A stretch of 32,502 nucleotides of DNA from NCBI GenBank assembly GCA_964405005.1, contig CAYOMI010000002.1, forward strand, positions 1-32,502, read 5' to 3'. The notes under the pieces are model-generated. The model saw only the letters and a program-made list of their open reading frames with translations, was not told the DNA's origin and made no database searches. Positions 32,475 to 32,502 of this stretch are shown one piece after another. Within the stretch, counting starts at the first letter, position 1. Every line of letters starts with the position of its first letter. Made by a program: the position numbers and the translations under genes. Origin of the DNA: an uncultured Planctomycetales bacterium. GTDB lineage: Bacteria; Omnitrophota; Gorgyraeia; Gygaellales; Profunditerraquicolaceae.

Positions 32475-32502
32475 GTATTTTTTTATATAATTAAGATAGC
32501 GC

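Noticed and set aside
1-32502. Mobile element, prophage or conjugative polyvalent-protein interpretation; also rRNA and tRNA genes
   Set aside because: I saw no integrase, transposase or relaxase motifs, terminal inverted repeats or att-like repeats. No tRNA- or rRNA-like sequence was recognised in the only non-coding segments (25416..25971 and 32242..32502). The many TM segments and peptidoglycan-binding modules argue for a resident envelope protein, although a helicase-bearing polyvalent protein cannot be formally excluded without searches.

Overview
This AT-rich (by eye), bacterial-looking window is about 97% occupied by two very large minus-strand genes. (1) 25972..32241 encodes the 2,089-aa protein listed in the ORF track. 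It has a signal-like N-terminus, hydrophobic helices, a G/A/T low-complexity tract and an OmpA-like peptidoglycan-binding domain. (2) The apparent ORF desert at 1..25415 is really one giant gene. Reading the minus strand by hand, one frame stays open from ATG 25415 to the left edge (at least 8,471 codons, C-terminus outside the window). The supplied track presumably omits it because it has no stop inside the window; the many + strand track ORFs there are antisense shadows. Hand translation shows these parts in order: a signal anchor, a C39-like Cys peptidase, a long beta-rich region and three divergent ~250-aa modules. Next come a Cys/His papain- or transglutaminase-like core with TPR, a Gly/Trp-rich multi-pass hydrophobic block and a SecA/DEAD-like SF2 ATPase with all core motifs. 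The C-terminal part has TM hairpins, coiled coils, HEAT-like repeats, an HExxH motif, a Pro/Gly repeat and a LysM-like module between two TM helices. Each gene has its own sigma70-like extended -10 promoter and a ~185-200 nt leader. Both leaders match the c-di-GMP-I (GEMM-I) riboswitch consensus, with compensatory changes between the two copies, and each overlaps an intrinsic-terminator hairpin. This looks like a duplicated, probably c-di-GMP ON, cassette driving two giant envelope proteins. I saw no rRNA, tRNA, CRISPR array or transposase. All domain and RNA calls come from motif recognition by eye, not from database searches.
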